The position numbers were made by a program, and so were the translations under genes. This document shows positions 10,820-23,229 of a DNA stretch of 64,000 bases, piece after piece; position 1 is the first letter of the stretch, and every line of letters begins with the position of its first letter. The notes below the pieces were generated by a model. The model was not told where the DNA came from. It made no database searches and was given only the letters and a program-made list of their open reading frames with translations. Location of the stretch: NCBI GenBank assembly GCA_000004695.1, contig CM000150.2, forward strand, positions 224,001 through 288,000, in the 5' to 3' direction. Source of the DNA: Dictyostelium discoideum. Taxonomy: Eukaryota.

Positions 10820-12723
10820 TTTTTTTTTTTTGTTTTAGGTAAAGTTATAGGTGAAAAAGAAAAACTTGGTAGAACTCTTTTTGTTAGAAATGTTGCATAC
10901 TCCATTAAAGAAGTTGATATTCCTGCTATATTTGCAAAGATTGGTGAGATTAAAAAAACATTTTCTTTGTTAGAGTCAAGAGGTATTGCTTTTATTTCAT
11001 ATGTAAGGTTTTTTTTTTTTTTTTTTTTTTTTTTATTTTTTTTTATTTTTTTTATATATATCCCAGAATATATTTTTATTTACTAACCAATGTATTATTT
11101 TAATTTTCATTTACTAATCAGTATGATTTGAGAGATGCTGAAAGAGCAAAAAATGAAATACAAGGTACAACACTGGATGGTAGATCCATTGATATCCATT
11201 TTTCAATTCCAAAGGAGGAAAGTGGACTTGAGGACAATGCCGGTTTTATTCATGTCAAAAATCGTGATGTTCCTTTGAATGAGGTCAGAATTTTCTTTTC
11301 TAGCTATGGTGACATTAAGGATGTTACAGAGTTTAATCGTGATCAAGTGTGAGTAATCAAATAATAATAATAATAACAACACCACCACCAAAAGTATATT
11401 GAGTTTTTACTAATATTAGGTATATTTATATATTTATTTGTAGACTTGTTGAGTTTTATGATTTAAGAGCATGTGAAAAAGCATTGGCAGAGGCCAATGG
11501 GGTGAAATTAGGTGACCAAACATTAGATTTGGACTATTACACTCCAAAGGAAATACCAGCTATCATTGATGCATATGAGGGTAGAAAACAAAACAATAAC
11601 AATAGTAACAACAGCAACAACAATAATAGAGGTGGAATGAATAATCGTAATAACTATAACCGTAGAGATAATAATAACAACAACAACAACAACAACAACA
11701 ATGACGATAGTGATAATAGAAAGAGAAATAATATGGGAGGAAACTTTAATAATAACAATAGAGGAATGGATTTTAATAAAAGCGGCCCAATTAGAAATGT
11801 TTATCAAACTGATAGAAATCCAGATTACAGAAGACGTGATGATAACAATTATAATAATAGTAATAGTAATAACAACAACTCTCGTAAGTATACAGATTCA
11901 GGTGACAAAAGTTACAAAAGTGAGTGATGAATTTTGATTAAAAAAAAAAAAAATTTCTCTTCTCTCTTTAACCATTTTGAGAATTACAATTAAATGTATG
12001 TATTTTCATTACAAAATTTATTAACCATATCTTTATTTTTCAGGTAATCAAAATAACTACAGTAACAGTGTGAATAACTATAATAATAATAATAATAATA
12101 ATAATAGTAACAATAATAACAATAATAATAATAATAGCCACAACAATATGAACCAAAACAGTTATTACAATGATAATAGTGGAGGTGGTATTTACAATAA
12201 TATGAATAGCAATTTCAATAGTAATAATAATAATAATAATAATAATAGTGGTAGTAATAGTAATACTAATGGTGGGTGGAATAATAATAATAGTAATAGT
12301 AATAATATGAACAATATGAATATGAATAATAATATGAATAATAATATGAATAATAATATGAATAATAATATGAATAATAATATGAATAATAACATGAACA
12401 ACATGAACAAAAATATGAACAACAACAACAACAATATGAACAATAACAACAACAATAACAACATGAACAATAGCAACAACATGGGCTACGGAAATAGCAA
12501 TAATAGTAATTATAATTTTAACTATAATAATATATCTAATCCCTCTAATAATTTTAATAACAATAATTATAATAATTCATTCATAAACTATTCAGAGCCA
12601 AGTTTCCCTAATGATGGCGCAAGCCCAGAAATCTTGGCAAATATATCTCAACTAGCCCAAACTTTGAAAATTCCATTCCAATGGAACGCAAATAATATTA
12701 GTAGCAATGTACAAAATAAATAA
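9800..12723 (+). CDS. Mei2-like RNA-binding protein (two Mei2-type RRMs) with very long Asn/Met-rich low-complexity N- and C-terminal regions; join(9800..10322,10839..11002,11122..11348,11444..11919,12044..12723)
   Basis: Exons 2-4 encode GRTLFVRNVAY...GIAFISY|YDLRDAERAKNEIQG...DIHFSIPKEE and GFIHVKNRDVPLNEVRIFFSSYGDIKDV...LVEFYDLRACEKALAEANG. These align by eye with Mei2/AML RRM1-RRM2 signatures (RTLFVRNI..., GFVMISYYDIRAA, DIHFSIPKDN, FIEFYDVRAAEAAL). Every intron begins GTAATG/GTAAGG/GTGAGT and ends TAG/CAG, and phases are consistent. The real ATG is at 9800, preceded by a (CAAAA)n leader. The stop is at 12721-12723. Confidence 0.6.
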
Positions 12724-12907
12724 GATTTCCTGTTCTCTCTCTTTCTCTCTTCAAACAATTACAACAAATTAATAAACTTTAAAAATTTTAATACACATTT
12801 TTTTTTTTTTTTTTTTTTTAATAAATAATATTTATGTTTATGTTTTTATTTTTATTTTTATTTTCCTTGTATTTGTATTTTTATTTTCCTTTGTATTTGT
12901 ATTTTTG

Positions 12908-12909
<2 letters not shown>

Positions 12910-12987
<78 letters not shown>

Positions 12988-12988
12988 T
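12910..12988. repeat. (TTA)n trinucleotide microsatellite (~25 units) in the 3' flank of the Mei2-like gene / 3' flank of the SET-domain gene
   Basis: An uninterrupted TTATTATTA... run is visible. It is preceded by a duplicated roughly 26-bp unit (TTCCTTGTATTTGTATTTTTATTT). Confidence 0.85.
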
Positions 12989-12991
12989 TAA

Positions 12992-14491
12992 TTATAATTC
13001 ATCTTTAATCTTTCTATCTACACTATCTTTACTATCTTTACTATCGATTGTATCTATATTTTCTTGAAGTTTTGTATATACATTGGAAAGGATTTGTTTT
13101 TCTTGAAAAGCCAAATTAAAGGCCAATTTGGAACGTGCTGAAAGTTGATTATACTCTTTTGAAAGTAAAAACTCTTTATCCTGTATGATTGTTGTTGGAT
13201 AATGTCCAATCTTTAATGATACCAATCTCTTTAAATATTCCAATAACGATTCTTGCTTGTATGACATATACTTTGAAATCTTTAATAAATCCTCTGTCAA
13301 TGAATCCATTGAAATCTTTAATTTTATATCTTTGGTTTCTAATAATTTATTAACTAAATAATATTTATCATCTTTAATTGGATCCTATTTTTTAAAAAGT
13401 AAATTAATTAAAGAGAAATAAAATAAAATAAAATAAAATAATTTTTTTTAAAAAAAAAAACTTACATCAAGATTAATTGTTTCTAATAATTCTTCCATTA
13501 AAACATTTACACAAGATTTATCATCAATTTGGTTGGGTAAATAACCATAGTCCACTAAAAGATCACTTCCACAATAGTGATGATCATAGCTTACAAATAT
13601 TTCTTCACCTTTTTTAATATCTTTGATGGCTTTTACATCGACAGAACCCAACTCTTCATTGTAATCGATCTCAGCTGATGGTTGATTGCCATGATTGAAA
13701 TAATCAACAATTGGTGGAACCACAGGTGATAATTTCATTTGTTTGCCATCGGAGCCTACACTATCTGGATCGGTGACATAAATTTTACGAGCTGTAATGG
13801 TTGAATGTGCCCACCTAAATTGATCCCAACCGATGATGGTTGATTGACCTTGACACATTTCCAAGATCACATTATCTTTGAATAGGGTTTGTGATAATTG
13901 ATCGTAGAGTTTGGTTGCTACCTCTTTCTCAACCATGATATCTACAAAGGCAGGTGAACCAGCAAGGTATTCAATCTCTTTCTCGTCAAAGTACAAGGAT
14001 GTATCATAGTGGGTTGGTAATGAAGTAACCCATTCCTTTAGATTAAATGTTTCTTTGGCCATACAATGTTTGTAAATAATTAAACCAACCGCTAATATAT
14101 CCTCTTGTGCCATATTAAAGTGAACCATTCTTTCAAAGATATCTCTTTGTTCCACTTGAATAGTATCTACACTTAGACAACTTGTCCATTTGACTGCGAG
14201 TAACTCTGTTCCACTTTCAATCTTTGCATCGGCAAATACACCATATTCATCCTCTTTTCTATCTTTTTCCTTTAAAATCTCTTGCTCATCTTTAATTAAC
14301 TTTTTTTGAACAGAGAATAAAGGGTTCTTTTTATAGAATCTCGACCATTTATTCAATCTATTAATTGATCTTTTTCGATATTCATTGATTTTATCTTTTT
14401 CACTGGTTTCATTTGATTTTGTTACTTCTCCAAATACAAATGATATCGTTATTAATAATAATAATACAACAACTAATGTATTAAGTTTCAT
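12992..14491 (-). CDS. SET-domain protein methyltransferase (SETD3/LSMT-like, with C-terminal Rubisco-LSMT substrate-binding-like helical region), N-terminal signal peptide and C-terminal KDEL; complement(join(12992..13384,13466..14491)), 472 aa
   Basis: The N-terminus MKLNTLVVVLLLLITISFVFG|EVT is a classic cleavable signal peptide. SET motifs are present: DYFNHG (the NH motif) and GEEIFVSYDHHYCGSDLLVDYGY (the post-SET ELxxSYG..LLxxYGF region). The intron (13385-13465) has donor GTAAGT and acceptor ATAG, in phase 0. The final exon ends ...VDRKIKDEL-TAA, the canonical ER-retrieval signal. Confidence 0.6.
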
Positions 14492-14721
14492 TTTTTTATT
14501 TTTTATTTTTTTTATTTTTTTTTATTATTTTTATTTTTTTTTTGTAAAAAAAAAATTTAAAAGAATAAAATTTATAAAAAAAAAAAAAAAAAATTAAAAA
14601 AAAAAAAAATTAAATAATTTTTTGGCGCCTCTACTAAAAAAATAAATTATTTTTTTTTTTTTATTTTTTTCATTTTTTTTTTTCCAAACTGTTCTTTATC
14701 TGAGAACATATATATATAAAA
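14492..14721. promoter_or_regulatory. 230-bp bidirectional promoter region between divergent SET-domain gene (ATG 14491, - strand) and msh6 (ATG 14722, + strand)
   Basis: The two genes are head-to-head and their start codons are 230 bp apart. The region is pure A/T, with oligo(dT)/oligo(dA) runs of the kind that precede Dictyostelium transcription starts. Confidence 0.4.
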
Positions 14722-15224
14722 ATGAAGCCTAATAATATGAAACAAACAAATATTAGTCAATTTTTTGCTCCAACAAAACAACCAGAGCCAATTATAGAGG
14801 TAAAAAAAAAAAAATTGATAGTTTTTTATTTATTTTTTTTTTTATTTAAATCTAATGGGTTTTAAAATTTTTTTTTTTCATTTATTTAGGAAGGATTTGA
14901 TTCATTTTTTGATGATATACCTACAGAAGAGTTAGAACCAGATTTAAATTCTATACCAATTTCCTCTTCACAGCAAACATCTACATCAAATACCTCTTCA
15001 CAACAAACATCTTCAGCAAATACATCATCTTCAGCCACTACTACCACTACTACTAATACTAATTCACAAATACCGAAAGCACCAACAACACCATCAAAAC
15101 TAAAGCTACCAACTTCTTTCACATCAAAATCAAATACACCAACCAAATCATTACCACCATCAAATTTTAGTTTGGTAGTCAATGAACAAGAAGAAGAAAA
15201 TGAAATGAACGATAATTCAAAACC

Positions 15225-15255
<31 letters not shown>

Positions 15256-18200
15256 AATTTATTTAAAAGTAATATAACCAGTAATAGTGGTGGTAGTAGT
15301 AATGATTTATTTTCTAGATTTAAAGATGAAAAACCAAAGACTACAACTACCCTTTCTACACCTTCAAAACCATTATCGCAACCACAAAGAAATAACACAA
15401 ATGAAATATCAAAAAAAAGAAAAGAAATGGATTTTAATGAAGATGAATCGAATACAAATTATGATAATAATAATAATGATGTTGAGGATTTAGATGAGTT
15501 TTGTTTTGTTAATAAAAATAAACCATCATCATCATCATCATCATTAAATACCAATACTACAACTACACCAAAAGCACCAACTATAACACCAAAAACTCCA
15601 ACTAAAACTCCAACAAGAAGACCAGTCGTTACATATGATGAGGATGATGACGATGATGAACAAGATGATGATGAGGATGACGACGATGATGACGATGATA
15701 AAAAATCAAAATCAACAACAACGACAGCAGTAAAGAAAAAAGGTAATGCATTTGGTAAAAAAGATAAAAAAGAGATAGAAGAGAGATATTCATTCCTTGT
15801 CAATATAAAAGATGCCAATGGTAATCCAAAGGATCATCCAGATTATGATAAGAGAACATTACATATACCAGCAAGTTGTCTATCGAAATTCTCACCATTT
15901 GAAAGACAATTTTGGGATATTAAATCAAAAAACTACGATACGGTTGTATTCTTCAAAAAGGGTAAATTCTATGAACTCTACGAGAGTGATGCTGATATCG
16001 GTCATCAACAACTTCACTTGAAACTTACTGATCGTGTCAATATGCGTATGGTTGGTGTACCAGAGATGTCCTTTAATCATTGGGCTTCAAAGTTAATTCA
16101 TTTGGGTCATAAAGTGGCCAAGGTAGATCAAATGGAGACATCAATCGGCATGGCAAAGAGACAGAATGAAAAAGGTGGTCGTAATAAAAAAGATTCAATC
16201 ATTCAGAGAGAGTTAACTTCAATTCTTACCGCTGGTACACTTTTGGATGAACAAATGATCACCGATCAAACTTCAACCTATCTTATGGCCATAAAAGAGA
16301 ATGAATACGATAAACAGTATGGCGTTTGTTTTGTCGATGTATCAATTGGTGAATTCTATCTTTGTACCATTCAAGACGATGATAATCGTATGCAATTCGA
16401 AACGCTACTCCTTCAAATGATGCCAAAGGAAATCGTCTATGAAAAGGGCGCAACCTCTCCAAAAACCATCTCCATTATGAAGCGTGTTCTCTCCACTGTT
16501 AAACCAGTCATGAATGCTCGTCTCTCTCTAGAATATTGGGACCCAACAGACACTATGGAACGTATCACTCAGCTTTGTGGTGGTAAAACACCAGAGACCC
16601 TCTGTCAAATGAAAAATGAAGAATATCTAATGGGTGCATTGGGTGGTTGTATCAGTTATCTCATGGATATAAAGATTGGTAATAGCGTCGTTGAACAAGC
16701 TCGTTTCAAACGTTTCAATCCATTGGATATTGGAAACTCTATGATTTTGGATGGCCAATGCTTGGTGAACTTGGAGATATTCAACAATAGTACCGATGGT
16801 TCAACTGAGGGTACTCTTTTCAAGTTGATGGATCGTTGTACCACTGCCTTTGGAAAACGTATGTTTAGGCAATGGATTTGTAGGCCATTGGCAAATAAGA
16901 ATGCAATTGTTGATCGTCAAAAGGCAATCGAATTCCTAAGAGATAGTCCTGAAACCCTTCAAAAAGTAACGGCTATCCTCAACAAACTACCTGATCTCGA
17001 AAGAATGATCGCAAGAATTCGTGCTCAAACTTCAAAAATCTCTGATCTCATTTCAGTTTTAAATCACTTTGATAATATACATTCAAAACTATTGGAGCTA
17101 TTGGATGAAGCAGAACAAATCGAATCTATTCACCTAAGAAGTTGTCTTTTTATGGATAATCAACAAGACAACGACGATATTGATGAACAAGAAAACAGTA
17201 ACAACAACAACAACATTCGTTATTCTGGTTATCCAAATCTTAAACCCTATATTGAACGTGTTAGAAAGAGTTTTACCATTGAACAAGATCGTGTGGTACC
17301 ATCAAAAGGTTTGTTTTTAGAGTTTGATCAATGTTTAGGCAATATTCAATCATTGGAACAATCGTTTGCAAAACATTTAGAGGAACAAAAAGCTCATTTC
17401 AAGTGTAACAAAATCGAATATAAACATATGGGTAAAGAGATCTATCAAATAGAGATACCCGTTGCATTTACAAAAAAGCTTCCAGCAGGTTTCTCTTTAA
17501 AATCATCAAGCTCCAAAGTTAATAGATATCACAGTCCATTCGTTACAAAGAATCTCACCTCTTTGTTGGAAGAACGTGATACCTATGAGGTGTTATCAAA
17601 AGAGGTTTTGAAAAAGATTCTATCAAATTTCGCAATCTATTTCAATCATTTCCAAATTGCAATTACAAAACTCTCTCAATTGGATTGTCTGTTATCTTTA
17701 TATAAAGTTAGTTTTCAATCTTCAATTCAAATGTGTCGTCCCCTATTCGTCTCTAGTGATCAACGTGGTTTCATTGATGTAAAAGATATGAGACATCCTT
17801 GTATCTATTCAAAATCTGGTGATGATTTCATTCCAAATGATATATCTTTAAATACTGAAAATAATCCTCCATCTTTAATGGTTTTAACTGGTCCTGTAAG
17901 TTTTATTAATAATTGTTAAAATTTAATTAATAACTAAAATTTAAATTTTTTTATATTTTTTTAGAATATGGGTGGTAAAAGTACATTATTACGTCAATCA
18001 TGTATTTTAGTAATCATGGCACAAATGGGTTGTTATGTATCAGCATCAAGTTGCGAAATGTCAATTGTAGATAGAATTTTCACTCGTTTAGGTGCAAATG
18101 ATAATATTTTAGCAGGTCAATCAACATTTATGGTTGAATTGGCAGAAACAAGCGCAGTTCTAAAGTATGCAACCAAACGATCATTGGTTATTTTGGATGA

Positions 18201-18663
18201 GTTGGGTAGAGGTACAAGTACATTTGATGGTTATTCAATTGCATATTCAGTTTTAAATTATTTAGCAACCAAAGTTCAATCGATGTGTATATTCGCAACT
18301 CACTATCAATCATTGGCATATGAACCAACAGTTCGTGATCTCATTTCCACAGCATATATGACTTGTCATGTTGATGAAGAGGCTAAAAAAGTTATATTCC
18401 TCTACAAATTGGCAAGTGGTGTTTGTCCAAATTCATATGGTCTTCATGTTGCTTCAATGGCTGGTTTACCAAGAGAAATCATTACAAAGGCTGAAGAAAA
18501 ATCAACTCAAATGGAAAAAGACTCTGTTTTGGTCTCATTCATTCATGGTACCATATCTCGTTCGAAATTGGTTGAAAAAATAGTTCAATCATACAAACAA
18601 AAAGATTTGAACCAATTAATTCAATTATCAAATACTTTAAAAGATTTAAATTTAAATAAATAG
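14722..18663 (+). CDS. msh6: DNA mismatch repair protein MSH6 (MutS homologue); join(14722..14799,14890..17895,17965..18663)
   Basis: Exon 1 is [26 protein letters not shown] and contains a PIP box (QTNISQFF) of the kind found at MSH6/MSH3 N-termini. Exon 2 has an acidic D/E stretch. The MutS domain I carries the MSH6-specific mismatch-binding motif [30 protein letters not shown] is connector/lever-like. Exon 3 opens with the Walker A LTGP|[11 protein letters not shown], followed by [14 protein letters not shown] (Walker B) and the HTH region. Introns are GTAAAA..TAG and GTAAGT..TAG, with consistent phases. Confidence 0.85.
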
Positions 18664-18882
18664 GTATGTTTTTTTTTTTTTTTTTTTTTTTTCTAAAAAA
18701 AAAAAAAAATCAAGTAGATCAAATGTTTTTTTTTTTAATCTAGATCGATTTTTAATATGTTCACAAAAACCCAAAAAAATAAATAAATAAATTTTTAAGA
18801 AAAAAAAAAAAAACAAAAATATTTTTTGTTTTTATAAAAATAACAAAAAAAAACATTTTTTTAATCAAAAATGAAAAAACCA

Positions 18883-18913
<31 letters not shown>

Positions 18914-19052
18914 CTTCTCAACATAAACAAATATAATTTAAAAATAATAGTTAAATAAATATTATTAATTTTAGTTATATTTTTTTATATCTTTAAATTT
19001 ATGCTTTCCAAAAGTTTATTATTATTTTTATTATTAAAATCAAATCAATCCT

Positions 19053-21068
19053 ATGGAGAAACACCAAAACCAAGTAATTGAGGAAAATAGATCAAAACCA
19101 TTGATCAATTTAACCTTTTTTATCGATTCAAAGAGTAAATTTAAAGTTTCTAATTACACTCTATCAAAATTAATTAAAGATGAATTCGGTGGGTCAATTG
19201 CCTTTACATTGAATCCAAAGGTTGATTATGTTATAACAACATCAGCAAACTTTTTTTCAACCAAAACCACCACTTTTTTAAGTAATCAAGATCTCTCAAA
19301 AATAAAATTAATTAACGAGGATTATTTCATTTCACAACAAAAACTTGAACCAACTCAAAGAAGTAAAATTAATGATTCTTATTCAATCGGAAATAAACAA
19401 GATTCTCAAGTTGTTAATGTCTGTAAAAAAGAAAATGATGTTGTGGAAAAAGCTGATGATGATCTATTGAAAATTATCATTAACCCAAAACATATTCCAT
19501 CTGTTTGTTATGGAGCTAATGAACTAAAACAACCTTATTTTCCAGAAGAATATTTAATTTTAAAATCAAATTTATTAAGTGTATGTATTTTTTTTAAAAA
19601 AATATAAAACTTTAAATCCTCTTACTATTTATTGATTTATTAATTTATTTATTTTTTTTAGAGTACAATCATTGGTAAACAAAATACAAATAAATTTTTT
19701 TATTTAGAATTACATCAAGCAATTGATAATAATTTGAAAAAGTTTTATAGAATTTTCACACAATTTGGAAGAACTGATGAAATCCAAAAATCAAATTCAC
19801 AACATAGATATGTTAGCAATGATTTAAAAGAGGCTATGGCATTGTATTCATCAATTTACAGTCAAAAGATTGAAAGTGATAATGGATATATTGAGGTTAA
19901 AATGAATAGTATAACCAAAATTGGTTCAAAATTAAAGTTGGCTCAATTAAAACAACAAAAAGAGAATGATGTAAATGCAAATACTCACATCAAGGTTTAC
20001 AACGAAGAAACCGGTGAAGAAGAGACTGGGCAACAATCTTTGTTTCAAAGATCCTACATTGAAACCAATGTTTCTAAACTAATGGACATTATCTATAAAG
20101 AAGCATCTAAATGTTTAATTAAAAACTTTTCTGTAGAGGTCACTGAAAATGGTATTGAAACTCAACTTGGTGCTCTTTCAATGGCTCAAATTGAAGAAGC
20201 AAAATCAATATTAAATGAAATCAATAATGTTTTAAATAAAGATGGTATTGATAATCAAGAAAATTTGGAAATGCTATCATCTAGATTCTATCAATTAGTA
20301 CCATCAAAAATTAGTACAAAAAAGAATAGGGATTCATCGAAATCAGTAATCAATTCTTTTGAATCGTTGAATCAACTTTCAGAGTTGATGAATATGATGA
20401 AAGATTTAACCAATTCATTTAATTCAAACAAAACAACAAGTGAATCAAAAAATCATTTGGATATGAAATATTATGCATTGAATACCCACATTGAACATCT
20501 TCATCAAGCAAGTGCTGGCTATCAAATTTTCATTCGTAATTTCCTATCGAACCCACACCACCAAAAAGCCATTGATAATGGAGAAATCAAAATTCTCAAT
20601 TGTTACAGATTGGATAAGAAATTAGAAAGTGATAATTTTCTTGATGTAGGAAATGTGCAATATTTATATCATGGTAGTAAACCACAAAATCTTGTTGGTC
20701 TATTATCAAGAGGTATTCTTCCACCAGATTATGTCAAACAAATTGGAGGTAAAAGAACTGATTTTGGATATCTTGGAAGTGGTATTTACTTTTCAGACGA
20801 TGTGGTTTCCTCAACTTACACCTCACCAATTGGTGAAAAGGGTTCTAGATTTATCATAATGTCATCTGTTTCATTGGGAAAGGTTAAAGAATTTAGTAAA
20901 ATTCAACCATCATTACAATGTGCACCATCAGGCCATCATAGTTGCAAAGGTTTGAAATCAACTCCAACCAACCCAACAGATTTTAAAAACAATGAATATG
21001 TAGTATTCAATCCAAATCAATCAAAATTATCTTTTTTAATTGAATATATTGAAAATTATAAAAAATAA
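19053..21068 (+). CDS. Poly(ADP-ribose) polymerase family protein with BRCT-like N-terminal domain, WGR domain, PARP regulatory and catalytic domains; join(19053..19580,19662..21068), ~644 aa
   Basis: The catalytic H-Y-E signature is present: YLYHGSKPQNLVGLLSRGIL (H-G-S), GSGIYFSDDVVSSTY (Y) and NNEYVVFNPNQSKLSFLIEY (catalytic Glu). These align with PARP1/2/3 catalytic cores. The WGR domain spans the intron (LKSNLLS|TIIGKQ...FYRIFTQFGRTDEIQ). Exon 1 has BRCT-like hydrophobic periodicity. The intron (19581-19661) has donor GTATGT and acceptor TAG. Confidence 0.75.
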
Positions 21069-21415
21069 ATAAAAAGTTTAATAAATAAATGATTAATTCT
21101 ATTCATTATTAAAATTATTATATGAAAAACATACAGAATATTTTTTATTATTTTAATATTATTAGTTAATTAAATGTATTGAAAAGTGAATGAATAAATG
21201 ATTAATTCTATTAATTATTGCTATTATTTATAATATGACAAACACAACCACAATAATATTTAAATATTATGAAAATTTAAAAAAATAAAAAAATAAAAAA
21301 CATTTAACAAATGAAGAAATGATTAATCATTCTATTATTATTATTTATAATATGACAAACACACACAGTGAATAATTTTTATTATTAAATTTATTTTATT
21401 ATTTAATTTAAATAT
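21069..21415. repeat. Intergenic direct repeats between convergent PARP and transporter genes (three copies of AATAAATGATTAATTCTATT(C/A)ATTATT-type unit, two copies of TTATTTATAATATGACAAACACA)
   Basis: The sequence repeats are directly visible at about 21081, 21190, 21310 and at 21228, 21345. The region is the shared 3' end zone of two convergent genes. Confidence 0.5.
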
Positions 21416-23229
21416 TTAATTAATTGAATATTTTTTAATTAAAGATTCTTCTTCATAATCTAAAATATTATTTGATTTGATTTGATTCTTTTGTTTATAT
21501 TTATTATGGAAGTAACGTGTAGCAACGATTGCTAAATTGATGGCAACAGCGACTAAAGTTTTCCATTGAATAGAGAAAGGTGAGAGAGCTAAAATAAGAA
21601 TTGTGAAAATCATAGGAGAAGCCATATAAGGTAATAACCATCTGGTGGTGATAGCTTTATAGGGACGATCATAATCTGGATTCCAAACGAATAATTTAAT
21701 GTAAATTATTACTTCAAGTGTGACTACGATACTGTAGATTGACATATCCAAACTCATGATAGCTTGGAAAGGCATAAGAATGAGAATACATACGATGGCA
21801 GCATTTGTAAGGATAGCAACGAAAGGTGTTTCACGACGTGGTAATAACTTTGAGAAAACCTTTGGAAGATAACCTCTATCACTTAGACTGTATAAATTTC
21901 TAGCAGATGTACAAAGATTACATTGGAATAAACCGACAGAGGAAACCATACCACCAATACTTAACAAGATACCTAACCATTGTCCACCTACTTTTAACGC
22001 GATGATAGAGAATTGACCATCTTGCCAATTGGCATAATCTCTATCATATTGCATACCAACCAACAATGGTAACACATAACTAGTGATTGTGATAATCATT
22101 ACACCAATGATACCAATTGGATAGTTTCTTTTTGGATTTTTAACCTCACCTGCCAATTGACCAGTTGCATCGAAACCACTTGTTGACCAAACCAAATTGG
22201 TCAATAGTACACCCCATTGAACACCTTTAAAATTTGAAAGACCACCATCAACTCTTAAAATCTCACCTAATTCTACATGACCAATACCCATTACTACCAT
22301 AATAATGAATGGTGTCAATAGAATAACAGATAGAATGGTACTAAAAATTCCAACTTGTTCTGCACCCCAACAATTCATCAATACAATTAATATGATCACT
22401 GCAAATGCAATCAATAATCTACAATGAGTACATGTTTCCATACCACCACCCCATAAATCATTTTCATAGGGTGTACCATTAAAGCAATTTGAAAAATATT
22501 GAACAAATAATACAGGATATAAACTTAAATCAACAATTGCTGCAAACCAACTAAATAATCCTAAACTTAAACTAACATATTCTCCAAATGCTTTTTCTCC
22601 CCACTTTTTTTTTTTTTTTTTTTTTAATTTTTTATAATAGATGTAAAAATAAATTAGTAATTTTTTCATTTTTTTTTATTTTTTTATAATAGATGTAAAA
22701 ATAATAATAATAGAGAGAAAAAAAAAAAAAAAAAAAAAAAATAAAAAAAAAAACTTACAACTGAACAACCACCATCTTTATTAACCATTAAACTTAACTC
22801 TGCAGTGATTAAACCATGTGGTATACACCAAAATATTGGTAATACAATATAAGTTAAAAGTACATATGCATAACTACCTGCACTAACACTACCTTCAATA
22901 CCAAATGGTCCACCTGATACTAAAAAATAACCAATAGAAAGAAATGATATAAACCCTATAGTTCTTGGTGGGTGATTACTTTGTGGTTCTGATTCTCCCA
23001 CTAAAATTTAAAAAATAAATAAATAAAAAAAAAATAAATAAAAAATATTAATGTTTTTATATATATATATATACATTAATATGTGTATATTATTTTCGAT
23101 ATATATTAACAAAAAATGATTTTATTAATTTTCTATTAATATTATTATTATTATTATTACTATTTTTCTTAATTTAATTATTATTCACTTACCTAATTTA
23201 CTGTGTTCATTTTCAATTTCGACTGTCAT
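21416..23229 (-). CDS. APC-superfamily amino-acid/polyamine transporter (plant PUT/LAT-like); complement(join(21416..22603,22759..23000,23193..23229))
   Basis: There are 12 predicted TM helices. The signature FLVSGGPFGIEGSV matches the PUT/LAT family (EVSGGPFGVE). Exon 1 is a 37-nt mini-exon ATGACAGTCGAAATTGAAAATGAACACAGTAAATTAG with a GTAAGT donor. Intron 2 has donor GTAAGT after ...NKDGGCSV. The exon 3 acceptor at 22604 (..AAAG|TGG) is the least certain boundary. Confidence 0.65.
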
